NCBI GenBank assembly: GCA_951406725.2
Contig: OX597842.1
Span: 11,222,001-11,286,000 of the forward strand
Direction of reading: 5' to 3'
Length of the DNA stretch: 64,000 nt
Origin: Octopus vulgaris
Taxonomy: Eukaryota
The position numbers and the translations under genes are program-made. Each line of letters starts with the position of its first letter. Position 1 is the first letter of the stretch. The notes below the pieces were generated by a model. It saw only the letters and a list, made by a program, of their open reading frames with translations, did no database searches and was not told where the DNA came from. This document shows positions 15,689 to 32,105 of this stretch, one piece after another.

Positions 15689-15986
15689 TATACATCGCTG
15701 CTTTCACATTGGTATGCATTGGTGTGCCATGAGACGATGCAATGTGTGCCGCAGTGTAACCTGGATATAATGTTTTCTTCCTGTACCTTTAGCTATATTT
15801 CTAATTCAGGTGTTCCGCAGAATTTTCAATAGTATATAATTGTACCGTAAGGGTAAAATCGATGCGGAGCACAGCCACTCAGCTTGCGAAAATGAGTTAA
15901 TCTTGCGACGGACTGGCGTCCCGTCCTGGAGCAGAATATATATGTATACTATGGAAGCCAATAAACATCTCCTATGAGTCTATATA

Positions 15987-16385
15987 CTCTCTTTTACTCT
16001 TTTAAAAGTTTCTGTCATTTGACTGCGGCCATGCTGGAGCACCGCCTTTAGTCGAGCAAATCGACCCCGGTATTTATTCTTTGTAAACCCAGTACTATCG
16101 GTCTCTTTTTCCGAACCGCTAAGTGACGGCGACGTAAACACACCAGCATCGGTTGTCAAGCAATGCTAGGGGGACAAACACAGACACACAAACATATACA
16201 CACACATACATATATATATATACATATACGACGGGCTTCTTTCAGTTTCCGTCTACCAAATCCACTCACAAGGCATTGTTCGGCCCGGGGCTATAGCAGA
16301 AGACACTTGCCCAAGATGCCACGCAGTGGGACTGGACCCGGAACCATGTGGTTGGTTAGCAAGCTACTTACCACACAGCCACTCC
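15987..16385 (-). mobile_element. SINE family A
   Basis: Homology to 10296-10723. Confidence 0.88.
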
Positions 16386-16748
16386 GACTAGGGAAAGAAC
16401 ATTACTCCTTTTTACTAGATTTGCAGGGGATTCAGGTGCTTCGTCTTGAGTATCCAGATATGTTTGGAGAGGGATGTCGAGTTTCCCTGTCCCTCTACGT
16501 AAATATAAGTAAATTGTTATTGTACTCAAATTTTTCACAATTATTTCTTGATCATTTCATTGGCTGTCGTCCACAATTGTTTTAAATGCATGACGTAACA
16601 CATGTTGTTAGATCGGAAATATTCCAATTGGCATTTGGTTTCGGTCTTCACGGTGTACATTTTCAATCGTAGTCTTTGAACAAGGACTGGTCTTGTCCAA
16701 GCAGGTACAGCTACCCTTAACGGTTTTTGTTACTTCTTGTGTCTAGAT

Positions 16749-16849
16749 CAGTGGTTCTCAAACATTTTTGTATCTATGGGTCCCTTTTGATTGCTATTTT
16801 ATTCTGGTGGACTCCCATAGGGTTAGGGTTAGGGTTAGGGTTAGGGTTA

Positions 16850-16880
<31 letters not shown>

Positions 16881-17048
16881 GGTTAGGGTTAGGGTTAGGG
16901 TTAGGTTAGGGTTAGGGTTAGGGTTAGGGTTAGGGTTAGGGTTAGGGTTAGGGTTAGGGTTAGGGTTAGGGTTAGGGTTAGGGTTAGGGTTAGGGTTAGG
17001 GTTAGGGTTAGGGTTAGGGTTAGGGTTAGGGTTAGGGTTAGGTTAGGT

Positions 17049-17089
<41 letters not shown>

Positions 17090-17470
17090 GGTTAGGGTTA
17101 GGGTTAGGGTTAGGGTTAGGGTTAGGGTTAGGGTTAGGGTTAGGGTTAGGGTTAGGGTTAGGGTTAGGTTAGGGTTAGGGTTAGGGTTAGGGTTAAAACT
17201 AGTTCTCAAGGATCTTCTTTCAAATTTCCTATTTTGTTTTTCACACATTTAAATTTTTTAGGTTGAACTATATAACATGTTAGAGAAAGAAACCTCACAG
17301 TTTTATGCAATACATACATCTAAATCAGGGTTTCTTAAATATTTTTTATCTATGGACCCCTTTGTTTATCAATTTATTTTCGTGGATCCCATAACTATTC
17401 GTTGTTTAAAAACTAGTTCCCTAGGATCTTCTTTCAAAATACCTACTTCGTTTGCCACACATTAACTTAT
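16749..17470 (+). mobile_element. hAT-like non-autonomous element, two tandem diverged units
   Basis: Starts CAGTGGTTCTCAAAC; second unit CAGGGTTTCTTAAAT at 17326. Related pieces at ~18000-18226 and (reverse) ~49490-49650. Confidence 0.5.
16818..17195 (+). repeat. Interstitial telomeric repeat (TTAGGG)n, ~63 units
   Basis: Near-perfect TTAGGG array with a few TTAGG/TTTAGGG variants. Confidence 0.97.
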
Positions 17471-17479
17471 AAAGGTCGT

Positions 17480-17998
17480 TCTCTTTGACTCTTTTACTCT
17501 TTTACTCTTTTACTTGTTTCAGTCATTTGACTGCGGCCATGCTGGAGCACCGCCTTTTAATCGAGCAACTCGACCCCGGGACTTATTCTTTGTAAGCCCA
17601 GTACTTATTCTATCGGTCTCTTTTTGCCGAACCGCTAAGTGACGGGGACGTAAACACACCAGCATCGGTTGTCAAGCAATGCTAGGGGGACAAACACAGA
17701 CACACAGAGACACACAAACACATACATATATATATATATATATGTACGACGGGCTTCTTTCAGTTTCCGTCTACCAAATCCAGCAAGCTACTTACCACAC
17801 AGCCACTCCTGCGCCTATATATATATACATATATACGACAGGCTTCTTTCAGTTTCCGTCTACCAAATCCACTCACAAGGCATTGGTCGGCCCGGGGCTA
17901 TAGCAGAAGGCACTTGCCCAAGGTGCCACGCAGTGGGACTGAACCCGGAACCATGTGGTTGGTAAACAAGCTACTTACCACACAGCCACTCCTGTGCC
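17480..17998 (-). mobile_element. SINE family A with internal head duplication
   Basis: Homology to 10296-10723; extra deleted head at ~17745-17815. Confidence 0.85.
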
Positions 17999-18244
17999 TA
18001 TGTAAAATGTTAGGGAAAGAAGTCTTACCGTTTCTTGCAATACATACCAATACAAACATCTTATGCAGCCCTTTATTATGAACCCTTAAAATATAATCAC
18101 TGTTCTCCATTTTATTCTTTTGCTTGCATGGATCCTTTTGATTATTAAGTTATACTCGTGGACCCCAGAGTCATCCGATGTTTTCAAACTTGTGCAGGTT
18201 GAACTCTGTAAAATGTTCGAGAAAGAACATATATATATATATAT

Positions 18245-18843
18245 GGCGCAGGAGTGGCTGTGTGGTAAGTAGCTTGCTAACCAACCACATGGTTCCGGGT
18301 TCAGTCCTACTGCGTGGCATCTTGGGAAAGTGTCTTCTGCTATAGCCCCGGGCCGACCAATGCCTTGTGAGTGGATTTGGCAGACGGAAACTGAAAGAAG
18401 CCTGTCGTATATATGTATAAATATATATATGGCGCAGGAGTGGCTGTGTGGTAAGTAGCTTGCTAACCAACCACATGGTTCCGGGTTCAGTCCCATTGCG
18501 TGGCACCTTGGGCAAGTGTCTTCTGCTATAGTCCCGGGCCGACCAATGCCTTGTGAGTGGATTTGGTAGACGGAAACTGAAAGAAGCCTGTCGTATATAT
18601 GTATATATATATGTAAATATATGTATGCGTGTGCTTTTGTGTTTGTGTTTGTCCCCCTAGCATTGCTTGACAACCGATGCTGGTGTGTTTACGTCCTCGT
18701 CACCTAGCGGTTCGGCAAAAGAGACCGATAGAATAAGTACTGGGCTTACAAAAGAATAAGTCCCGGGGTCGATTTGCTTGACTAAAGGCGGTGCACCAGC
18801 ATGGCCGCAGTCAAATGACTGATACAAGTAAAAGAGTAAAAGA

Positions 18844-18844
<1 letters not shown>
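18245..18844 (+). mobile_element. SINE family A: tandem head (18245-18410) plus full copy (18431-18844)
   Basis: Two GGCGCAGGAGTGGCTGTGTGG starts and one tail. Confidence 0.88.
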
Positions 18845-18890
<46 letters not shown>

Positions 18891-19275
18891 TAAATGAAAG
18901 AATGGAGTCGAACGAAGATGTTAACAAAATTCCTTTACTCTCGACACATGTTTCGAAGACAGCATATTTTTATTCCGAAGGAATAAAGGGTGCATTCATT
19001 CATCTACTATATATATATATATATATACATTCATAGCAACATAAGAAACGGAACAGTTTGTCCCGTCTAAATTTTTCCCGTCACCCCATTTTTTTCCAAT
19101 ACAATTAATGATAAGAATATTGAACCGTGGTACAAGTGGGTGGGTGTGCATGTGCCTATGGTTCAAAACATTGATATATATTCCAAAGTGTGTGTATCTA
19201 TATGTAAACATATAACGGATACATATAAATATAAACACATAGACCACAAACGCACATATATATATGACTATACAT

Positions 19276-19370
<95 letters not shown>

Positions 19371-19383
19371 TTGTCCTTAATTG

Positions 19384-19419
<36 letters not shown>

Positions 19420-19442
19420 GCATATATGTATTGATCATTACA

Positions 19443-19473
<31 letters not shown>

Positions 19474-19789
19474 TTATACATATTTGAATATTTAAATATA
19501 TGTATATACGTATATATTTAAATGTAATTACATTTGCCTTGATGAATATATGTATATATATATATGTGTGTGTATATATATATATGTGTGTGTGTGTGAC
19601 AGAGAGATAGATAGAGTGTGTGTGTGTGTGTGTGTGCGAGAGAGTGCATGTGTGTGTATACAGTATATATTTATAAACATATACGTATATTATATAAATA
19701 TATATTTTCTAAATCTATGAGTTCCTTTGTATAAATATATATAAATGTCCATATACATATATATACACACACATATATATATATATATA

Positions 19790-19820
<31 letters not shown>

Positions 19821-19865
19821 GGATATTCTCCTTTTTACTAAACATCTAAACAGACCCACACACAA

Positions 19866-19930
<65 letters not shown>

Positions 19931-20099
19931 TATATATGTGTGTGTGTATGTGCAGATAGTAGCACGCGTGCACATGCGCACTTGTAGCGAAACAGCGAAA
20001 TTCAGTTTATCTCCTTGAAACACTAATTGAATTATGTTTTGGAGTTCATTGGAGTGAGTGTATAAATGGCGTTGGTGTATAGCTGGGTGTAGATAGAAG

Positions 20100-20600
20100 G
20101 GTATAAAAAAGGAGAGAGAGGAGTGCGGGAGATGATGGTGAAGCGAAAGGGGAGAGAGTAATGAAACTGAAGAAGATGGGAGAGGATTAGGAGCTGTGCG
20201 GATGGCAGGTGGATGAATAGGGAAGGAAAATAGGGAAGATGGAGAGGAAGGAGGGAAGAGAGGAGGGGAAGGAGAGAAGGTGGGAGGGAGAGGGGTGTGT
20301 AGGGTTGAGTTAGAGGATGAAAGAAGGATAGGAATGGACGGAGGGAGGGAAGGAGAGATGGGAGGAGAAAGGAGAGGAGAGAGGAGAGAGGAGCAAGAGA
20401 GAGGAGAGAGGAGCAGAGAAGAGAAGAAGGATTGGGTGAAGGAAAAGAATGAGCACGAAGAAGAGAGAAGTGGGTAGGAGATGACAGTGGGGGAGAGAAG
20501 GAGAGAGAGAGAGAGACAAACAGACAGACAGAATACAAAAGGAGAGAAGTTATGAAGGGGGGAAGAAGAGAAATAGAAGAGGGAGAGGAAGTGAGGATAG
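20100..20600 (+). repeat. Polypurine (GA-rich) low-complexity tract
   Basis: Almost entirely G/A on the + strand. Confidence 0.85.
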
Positions 20601-20715
20601 ATGTATAAAATATTAAATATCAAATATTCTCATCACGTGATCGACTTCTATGTGCCACATGGTCATAATTCTATACGTGTGTGTGTGTGTGTGTGTGTGT
20701 GAGACTGTGTGTAGG

Positions 20716-21310
20716 GGAAGGAGTGGTTGCGTGGTAAGAATCTTGATTCCCAACCACATGGTTCGAGGTTCGGTTCCACTGCGTGACACCTTGATTATGT
20801 GTCTTCTACTATCACCGTGGGCTGACCAAAGCAGTGTGAGTGGATCTGGTTGACGGAAACTGAAAGAAGCCCATCGTATATATATATATACGATGGAGTG
20901 GCTGTGTGGTAAGTAGCTTGCTAACCAACCACATGGTTCCGTGTTCAGTCCCACTGCGTGGCATCTTGGGCAAGTGTCTTCTACTATAGCCTCGGGCCGA
21001 CCAAAGCCTTGTGAGTGGATTTGGTAGACGGAAACTGAAAGAAGCCTATCGTATATATGTATATATATGTATGTGTGTGTGTGTGTGTGCTTGTATGTCT
21101 GTGTTTGTCCTCCTAGCATTGCTTGACAACCGATGCTGGTGTGTTTATGTCCCCGTTTCTTAGCGGTTCGGCAAAAGAGACCGATAGAATAAGTACTGGG
21201 CTTAAAAAAGAATAAGTCCCGGGGTCGAGTTGCTCGATTAAAAAGGCGGTGCTCCAGCATGGCCGCAATCAAATGACTGAAACAGGTAAAAGAGTAAAAG
21301 AGAAAGAGAG
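20716..21310 (+). mobile_element. SINE family A: diverged head plus full copy
   Basis: Homology to other copies. Confidence 0.85.
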
Positions 21311-21988
21311 TATATATATATGAGTGTGTGTGTATGTATGTATATATATACATGTGTGTCTGTGTTTGTTAGGAATTGCAAAAATATCGTGTTCACTGGA
21401 ACGGCTCATGTACTGAGAAGAGCATTATCGCTGTGAAAACAACATCCGTTCATGAATTTATTTATTTATTTATTAATTTTTTAAATACATATTTTATCTG
21501 TGAATTTGCGTGTGTAATCTGCGAATGCATACAATGAGCTTCTCTGCCCTAGGTGTACGGAAAACACTCGGCGAGAAACCGAAGAAAATTTGAAGAAAGA
21601 ACGAAAAATAAAAATAATAATAATAATAAAATTTTATTAATCAGGGGAAAATGCTTCATAAGCTCTCTCTTAATACAAAAAACAAACAGGCTAACAGAAT
21701 TTTCTAGATTATTCAAGAACTCTGCATATTTTTGAGGAAGGCTCCGAAGTTACAGTTCATCAACGTTCTATATTGTACATCTATAATTTTATTCCAAGTT
21801 AGACTGGTCTTTTACACAGGATGCTATACGAGACAAGGCTTAAATAAAAGTCTTTGCGTATTTCTTCATAGTAGTAAATTCGCCTTACAGTTGTTTACGG
21901 TAATCAGTGTAGGTTAGTTCATTGACCAGATGAGGAAAATTCAACGGCCAGAAAGAATTTATGCTATCCTCATCGGTGACGAAGCATA

Positions 21989-22121
<133 letters not shown>

Positions 22122-22143
22122 GAAGATAGATATTTAGATAGAG

Positions 22144-22235
<92 letters not shown>

Positions 22236-22245
22236 GGATGGATGA

Positions 22246-22413
<168 letters not shown>

Positions 22414-22782
22414 GGAGATAGATAGATAGATAGATAGATATGCATATACATATATTTATCTATTTATTTATTGAGTTAGAAAACAGAGAGAGCTAATGGA
22501 TAGAAATTAGTCTATTAATTAATGAACATTTTAACCATATCTTGATTAATTAATAAATTACTTTACATCCATTAAATGTCTCTGTTTTCTAGCGCAAATG
22601 TTTGATATCTTATGATATTCTATATAATATGTTCATTGAAGCGTTTTTGCTTCAAAATTTAATATATTAAAACAGTGTACCGTAGACAAATCTCCCTACA
22701 AGAGGTTTGGATATCTTCATTGTAACAATATATATATATATATATACATACATATATATGGATGTATACATATATGTATGTA

Positions 22783-22860
<78 letters not shown>

Positions 22861-22900
22861 CATAAATAAATAAAAATATATATATATATATATACGTATA

Positions 22901-23115
22901 CTCTTTTACTCTTTTACTTGTTTCAGTCATTTGACTGCGGCCATGCTGGAGTACCGCCTTTAGTCGTGTAAATCGACCCCGGGTCTTATTCTTTGTAAGC
23001 CCAGTACTTATTCTATCGGTCTCTTTTGCCGAACCGCTAAGTGACGGGGACGTAAACGCACCAACATCTGTTGTCAAGCAACGTTAGGGGGGCAAACACA
23101 GACACACAAATACAT

Positions 23116-23166
<51 letters not shown>

Positions 23167-23329
23167 TACGACAGGCTTCTTTCAGTTTCCGTCTACCAAA
23201 TCCACTCACAAGGCATTGGTCGGCCCGGGGCTATAGCAGAAGACATGCCCAAGTTGCCACGCAGTGGGACTGAACCCGGAACCAAGTGGTTGGTTAGCAA
23301 GCTACTTACCACACAGCCACTCCTGCGCC
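22901..23329 (-). mobile_element. SINE family A
   Basis: Homology to 10296-10723. Confidence 0.88.
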
Positions 23330-23360
<31 letters not shown>

Positions 23361-23379
23361 GTATATATATGTATATATA

Positions 23380-23443
<64 letters not shown>

Positions 23444-23687
23444 CATATATATACATATATACATATATATGTATATATGTATATATATATATACATATAT
23501 ATGTATGTATGTATATAGATATATATATATGTGTATATATATCTATAACTATATATATATATAAATATAGATATATATATATATATATATGTGTGTGTGT
23601 ATAAGTACTAAAGCACTAACAATACAAACAAAACAAATCACTCACAAATACAGTGTACACACCCCCGGAAACTGCATAAACCATACC

Positions 23688-23725
<38 letters not shown>

Positions 23726-23947
23726 CGTACACAAAACGCATGTGCACACACATACACACCACCCAGATAAACCCAGCACACACGGACACACACAGAACCC
23801 CTGATAAATACAACACACTTACACACACATACACACCCACACACACATACGGTTGCTCACACACACACACTACAAGGACAATTAAAACAACACAGAGACA
23901 CACACAAACGCTCACGTACACACACACACACACACACGAAATCAACA

Positions 23948-24350
23948 CTAATAGGCCGGGTAGAATTGTCAAATATCACCAAGAAATATATTGCTTTCTA
24001 ATTGATGTATCTATCCTAATAGATGATAATGTTTCTGTAAAAGAAATGGAGAAACTTTCAATATACAAAGATCTGGAAATAGAGGTAACTCGAATGTGGA
24101 ATCTAAAAACAGAAACAGTTCCTATCATAGTAGGTGTATTTGGTATGATAAAAAAAAATTCAGACAAATACATAACAAAAACACTAGGACTTACAAACAC
24201 ATATAACATACAGAAAATTGCACTACTGGGTACCGCACACATTCTACGTAAAACACTTTCAATACAGTAAAAATAAGAGCATCACAGCAAACCACAGCAC
24301 ATACCCAAGGCACACAGAGCTGTACTTGGTAGCACAGTAAAAGCACGTGG
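23948..24350 (+). mobile_element. R4/Dong-clade non-LTR retrotransposon 3' end (restriction-like endonuclease)
   Basis: NRPG..V......CFLIDVSI..D.NVSVKEMEKLSIYKDLEIEVTRMWNLKTETVPIIVG...IQKIALLGTAHILRKTL* matches the PD-D-K RLE C-terminus. Followed by a 3' UTR and (GAA)n. Confidence 0.82.
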
Positions 24351-24394
24351 TAACAATAAGACTACTGAAGAAGAAGAAGAAGAAGAAGAAGAAG

Positions 24395-24425
<31 letters not shown>

Positions 24426-24462
24426 GGAAGAAGTGAATGAACAAGAAGAAGAAGAAGAAAAA

Positions 24463-24741
24463 GAAGAAAGCCTAATCATAGCGGCCCAGGACCAGGCATT
24501 GAATACCAACTCAATGAAAGAGACTGTATACCACTAAAGTGCATCTGCGGAATGTGTGAGAGGAGGGTTGGAAGTGTGACTCACACATTGTTAGTGTAAA
24601 ACAGTCTTTCAATACAGTAAAAATAAGAGCACGACAGCAAGTAGCTCACAGCACATACCCAATGGCCGTACAGTGTGGATATGACGTTACCGGTGCTTGG
24701 TACCAACATATACCGGAAAATGTGGTAACAATAAGACTACT

Positions 24742-24773
<32 letters not shown>

Positions 24774-25170
24774 AGAAGAAGAAGAAGAAGAATGTTCAAA
24801 AGCTGGGGGGATTGTGAAGCTGGAGGTAGGAGGAAGCTGTGGGAGAGGTCCGGCAAGATTGGTTTTCAGAGGAGGGGTAGACGAGCTGGCAGAGTCGTTA
24901 GCACGCCGGGCGAAATGCTTAGCGGTATTTCGTCTGCCGTTACGTTCTGAGTTCAAATTCGGCCGAGGTCGACTTTGCCTTTCATCCTTTCGGGGTCGAT
25001 AAATTAAGAACCAGTTACGCACTGGGGTCGATATAATCGTGTGACTCCCATTGTTAGTGCTTGTGAAAGTCTTGTGGGTAGCAGAAAGAGTACAAGCGAA
25101 GACACGACAAAGTAGCTCAAAAAGCCAATGGCCGTAAGTGTGGATATGACGTTACCGGTGCTTGGTACCA
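24463..25170 (+). pseudogene. Second R4/Dong-like relic (zinc-knuckle region), scrambled and interrupted by SINE B
   Basis: ESLIIAAQDQALNTN...CGMC.......THIVS at 24463-24597, GYDVTGAWYQHIPENV at ~24676-24723, IVSACESL..QKEYKRRHDKVAQK at ~25050-25123. Confidence 0.65.
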
Positions 25171-25265
25171 GTTACGCAATGGGGTAGATATAATCGACTT
25201 AATCCGTTTGTCTGTCCTTGTTTGTCCCCTCTGTGTTTAGCCCCTTGTGGACAGTAAAGAAATAA
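24881..25265 (+). mobile_element. SINE family B, split in two
   Basis: Homology to 595-830: head 24881-25040, tail 25165-25265. Confidence 0.8.
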
Positions 25266-25609
25266 GAGAGTGAGTAGAAGGTGGGCGAAGTGAGGATAGA
25301 GGAGGGTTAAGATGGTTGGCGTGTGCCAAGGCAGAAAGTGACGGACGATGTTGGAGCGGAGGTGTGAGGTATGGAAGATGCAAAGGAGGTAGTTGCGGGT
25401 GGAGACCCCGGGATCAACGCTTGTTACAAGAGAAAGGATATGTAATTGGGAGTGGCCGGTTGAGGATGCTGGAACGAGGAGGGGTCACGTTGTTAATAGC
25501 AGGAAGCTTGTGAAGAATAGTGCCGAGGATGGTGTCGGGATAAAATTCAGCAGAAAAAGAGATGGGGCATTCGTGGTTGAGTGAAAAACGCAGAGAGGGC
25601 AGCAGTGAC

Positions 25610-27550
<1,941 letters not shown>

Positions 27551-27706
27551 CTGACGTCTGGTTGTTTACTCAGAGAATTAATATTCAAACTGAATACAAA
27601 CTTGTATATATCACCCGAGGGAATGTACATAATTATACACACACATGAGCGTCAGAGTATGTATATATGCGCACATACATACATACATACATACATATAT
27701 ACATAC

Positions 27707-27738
<32 letters not shown>

Positions 27739-27753
27739 GCATATATACATGAA

Positions 27754-27827
<74 letters not shown>

Positions 27828-27949
27828 TATACATATATGTATAGGTATATATACATACATATATATAAATATAGGTGTATGTGTGTAAATGAAAACAGAT
27901 TTAGAGGTATATACGTAATACAGAAATATATTACATTTTAATGTGTGTG

Positions 27950-27981
<32 letters not shown>

Positions 27982-28230
27982 CACACACATATATATATAT
28001 ATATACATATATATACATATATATATCTTTGTAACAGAAGCACAATTTGACCTGTGTATATGCAGGTGTCTCTCTGTTTGACTGTGTTTTATAAATATGT
28101 ATATATATATCCACATATACAGATATATATATATATGCATATACGTACACACACATTTATATGTATATATGTATGTGTGTGTCTATATATTTTGTGACTA
28201 AGAGGAGGCTTCAAATCTGTTCCATTGCAC

Positions 28231-28277
<47 letters not shown>

Positions 28278-28494
28278 CATGCATACAGACACGCTCAGGT
28301 GACGAGGTGGTGAGGTAGGTGTGTATATGTTTGCACTGGTGTTTATGAACAATCCCTGCAGGCAAAACAGGAAAATTTTAATGAAGCAACAGATGATATA
28401 TACTACATCTTTTCATGATATATACACGCATTATATAAATATATCTGTATACGCACACACGCAAATAAACAAACAAACACTCATACACACATAC

Positions 28495-28527
<33 letters not shown>

Positions 28528-28545
28528 TGTATGTATGTATGTGTA

Positions 28546-28578
<33 letters not shown>

Positions 28579-28667
28579 ATGTATGTATGTATATATGTAT
28601 GTATGTATGTATGTATGAATGTGTGTATGTATGCATGCATGGATGTATGTATAGATATATAGTGAGG

Positions 28668-28735
<68 letters not shown>

Positions 28736-29288
28736 CAGATATACACACACTCAATTATATATATATATATATTTATGTATATCAAAGCAGAAATCTGTTT
28801 TTATATCTATGTATATATATATGTGTGTGTGTATATATGTGCGTATATATACATATATGCATACATACAACAAACATACACTCACACACACACGTATAAT
28901 GAGAAAGTAATGACTATGTATCTGTGTCAAATTATAGGTACATGTATATATATATATATATGTATGTATATATATACATATATGTATATGTAAATATATA
29001 TGTATGTATATATATATACATCTACATATATCTATATACATATATATTTACACACATATGTATATATATATATATGTATGTGGGTATAAATATATTTATA
29101 TATATATATGTATAGATATATGTGTATATATGCGTTTATTCCTGCATATGTATGCAACAACTTCTACTCTTGTGTGCATATATATTTGTCTTGATATATT
29201 ATATACAGCTATATATTCTGCAGGTATTTGAATATATGTAAAAATAAATATATATATATATGCATGTATATAAGTATATATGTGCATA

Positions 29289-29333
<45 letters not shown>

Positions 29334-29547
29334 AATGGAACAAGAGCACAATAGGTGACATTATAACATTCAAGCAGATAGACGATACAAAGGCGGACAA
29401 GAGAAACGACAATTTGAAGGACATGCAAAAAAAGACAGATCATTCGTGGCCTTCTTTCCTCAGTCAAGTTCCAGAAATCACGACCATTTCGGGCAATAAC
29501 ACTTCAGATGCTTTGATCCGGTTGCCCACCAAAAAGTCTAAGCTAAG

Positions 29548-29574
<27 letters not shown>

Positions 29575-29582
<8 letters not shown>

Positions 29583-29848
29583 ATCACGTGACCGACCAGA
29601 CAATCAGATGTTGCTACACATCGCTAGTCACAATGCGTTCGCATTGTTTTAGCCTTCGAATGACGCCACCCCGCTGGCTAAGCGAGCAGGCCAACAGAAG
29701 AAAGAGTGAGAGAAAGTTGTGGCGAAAGAGTACAGCAGGGATCGCCACCAACCACTACCCGAGCCTCGTGGAGCTTTTAGGTGTTTTCGCTCAATAAACA
29801 CTCACAACACCCGGTCTGGGAATCGAAACCGCGATCCTACGACCGCGT
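29575..29848 (-). mobile_element. tRNA-derived SINE family C variant with TCACGTGATCACGTGA-type tail
   Basis: Head shared with 49729. The tail is also present alone at 37818-37937 and 38598-38718. Confidence 0.8.
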
Positions 29849-29976
29849 ATAATTTCAGCAAAATTTAGATTCAAATGAATATGGTACTTAATTTAGATGC
29901 ACCAGAATTTTGTATGGTGTTATCCATATAAATCCATGGGTTGTCATAATCAAAATAAGCAACAAGAATAACTTCG

Positions 29977-30076
29977 GTAATTTGGTACGATCGTTTCACG
30001 CTACATCATTTTATTAAATGTTGTAAGTATTACAACAGTATTACAACAAAATGCTGAACACTCATCAAGCATTAAT
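29977..30076 (-). ncRNA. Decayed hammerhead ribozyme
   Basis: UUGAUGA (30068-30062), long stem II (CAUUUU/AAAAUG), GAAA, palindromic ACGAUCGU and GUA triplet. Stem I and the base of stem II are eroded. Confidence 0.45.
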
Positions 30077-30597
30077 AGAGGTTTTCCATTAATACATAAT
30101 TATGTATAAGTCCCGGGGTCGAGTTGCTCGATTAAAGGTGGTGCTCCAGCATCGCCGCTGTCAAATGACTGAAACAAATAAAAGCGAGAAAGAGATATAC
30201 ATAGATAGATACATATATTTATGTATATAGATATAGATATACATATGCATATATACACATATATATACATTTGCTTTTTCCCTATATTATATAACTATAA
30301 ATATAGTGTAAACACGTTTGGAAACACGTTTGCCTGTTTATGTCTTCGTCGCGTAATTCATATATATATTTATATAAAAGCAATTAATTCTCCAGAATTC
30401 AAACCTACTTCATTATGGATGGTTTTACATTTTCATTTTCTGTGAAACTAAGAGGTTTTTTAAAATACTTTTTTAAAACCTGTTATATGACTGTGCAACA
30501 TTAAAGAACTTTGGAAGTCCGTTTATTATCTAAATCTGATTTTTATTGAACTATCCTTGATGTTTCAGGAGTGTAGCCTCACCCCCTTAGATGTTTT

Positions 30598-30688
30598 TTT
30601 CGACTGATGAGTACGGGTCACTTGTATTTGCTGCAATATTTTGCAGCCTTAATAAAGGTGGTCTTCGTACGAAACAATTGTACCGAAA
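30598..30688 (+). ncRNA. Type I hammerhead ribozyme in element ~30372-30720
   Basis: UUUCGA-CUGAUGA-GUACG GGUCAC...GUGGUC UU CGUAC-GAAA-CAAUUG-UA/CCGAAA. Long stem II and palindromic stem III; the first pair of stem I is an A-C mismatch. Confidence 0.82.
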
Positions 30689-30894
30689 TATTGATTCATT
30701 TTTGTTGCTTTTTTCTTGTATATATTTATATATATATACATACACGCACAAATATTGATGACTGGTATGTTTGATATTATTTATTGCATATTACATTGGT
30801 AAACATGTGGAAGAAGAAGAAAACTCCCATTAGCAATGCATCAGGTAGACACCTCAAATATCATATATTATAAACACACGTATGCATGTATATA

Positions 30895-30946
<52 letters not shown>

Positions 30947-30982
30947 CATACATATATATATACATATGTATATATATGTATG

Positions 30983-31017
<35 letters not shown>

Positions 31018-31019
<2 letters not shown>

Positions 31020-31419
31020 TTTTTTACTCTTTTACTCTTTTACTTGTTTCAGTCATTTGACTGCGGCCATGCTGGAGCACCGCCTTTAGTCGAGCAAATC
31101 GACCCCGGGACTTATTCTTTGTAAGCCCAGTACTTATTCTATCGGTCTCTTTTTGCCGAACCGCTATGTGACGGGGACGTAAACACACCAGCATCGGTTG
31201 TCAAGCAATGCTAGGGGGACAAACACAGACTCACAAACACATACATATATATATATATATATACATTTATACGACAGGCTTCTTTCAGTTTCTGTCTACC
31301 AAATCCACTCACAAGGCATTGGTCGGCCCGGGGCTATAGCAGAAGACACTTGCCCAAGATGCTACGCAGTGGGACTGAACCCGGAACCATGTGGTTGGTT
31401 AGCAAGCTACTTACCACAC
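31018..31419 (-). mobile_element. SINE family A
   Basis: Homology to 10296-10723. Confidence 0.88.
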
Positions 31420-32063
31420 ATATATTTATATATATAGTATATATACAGAGATGGTGACAGAGAGGGGGAAAGAGTGAGAATTATGCACATAGGTACGAAA
31501 TAATTTTGAGAAATAGTATTCGAATACGAAAGGTTGAAAATGAATCTTCCTAAAGCTGACGTAGAATTCACAAAATCTTTCTCAGTTTCACGTCGCACAG
31601 TTGCGATAAAACAGATTAGTAAAGATATAAATATATGCAAAAGAATTTGAAATGCACTGGGCGTCATTTACATTGTTTATTTTTTAAACACTTAACCGGT
31701 TTCAACATGATATTTCTGATTTTCAAATGTTAAGATTGATAGAATGGCGTAGGATTACGCTACAACTGTTCCCAACCACAAGGTTTCGGGTTCAGTCCCT
31801 CTGCATGGCACCGAGGGCAAATTCTTTCACCTATAGCCTCGAGCAGATCAAATCGTTATGAGTGGATTTCCGAGAAGGCCCGTCGTATATATATATATAT
31901 ATATATATATATACTTACTATACTTATTCCACGTCCTCGCGTTGTTGTGTTTTCTCTTTGTGTTTTCATGTTTGGATTAACTTTATATATATATATATAC
32001 TTTTCACCTAATTAAATACACTCTCCCTTACTTAAATTATTTTGTCAGCATTTTCTTCATTTC

Positions 32064-32105
<42 letters not shown>

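Noticed and set aside
16818-17195. Chromosome end or telomere fusion
   Set aside because: Single orientation, and the same element continues collinearly on both sides.
31689-31735. UUGAAAA...GAAACCGGUU (minus), and GAAACCGGUC-AAGU at ~63545
   Set aside because: Possibly decayed HHRs, but stem II or the core cannot be formed, so they were not counted.
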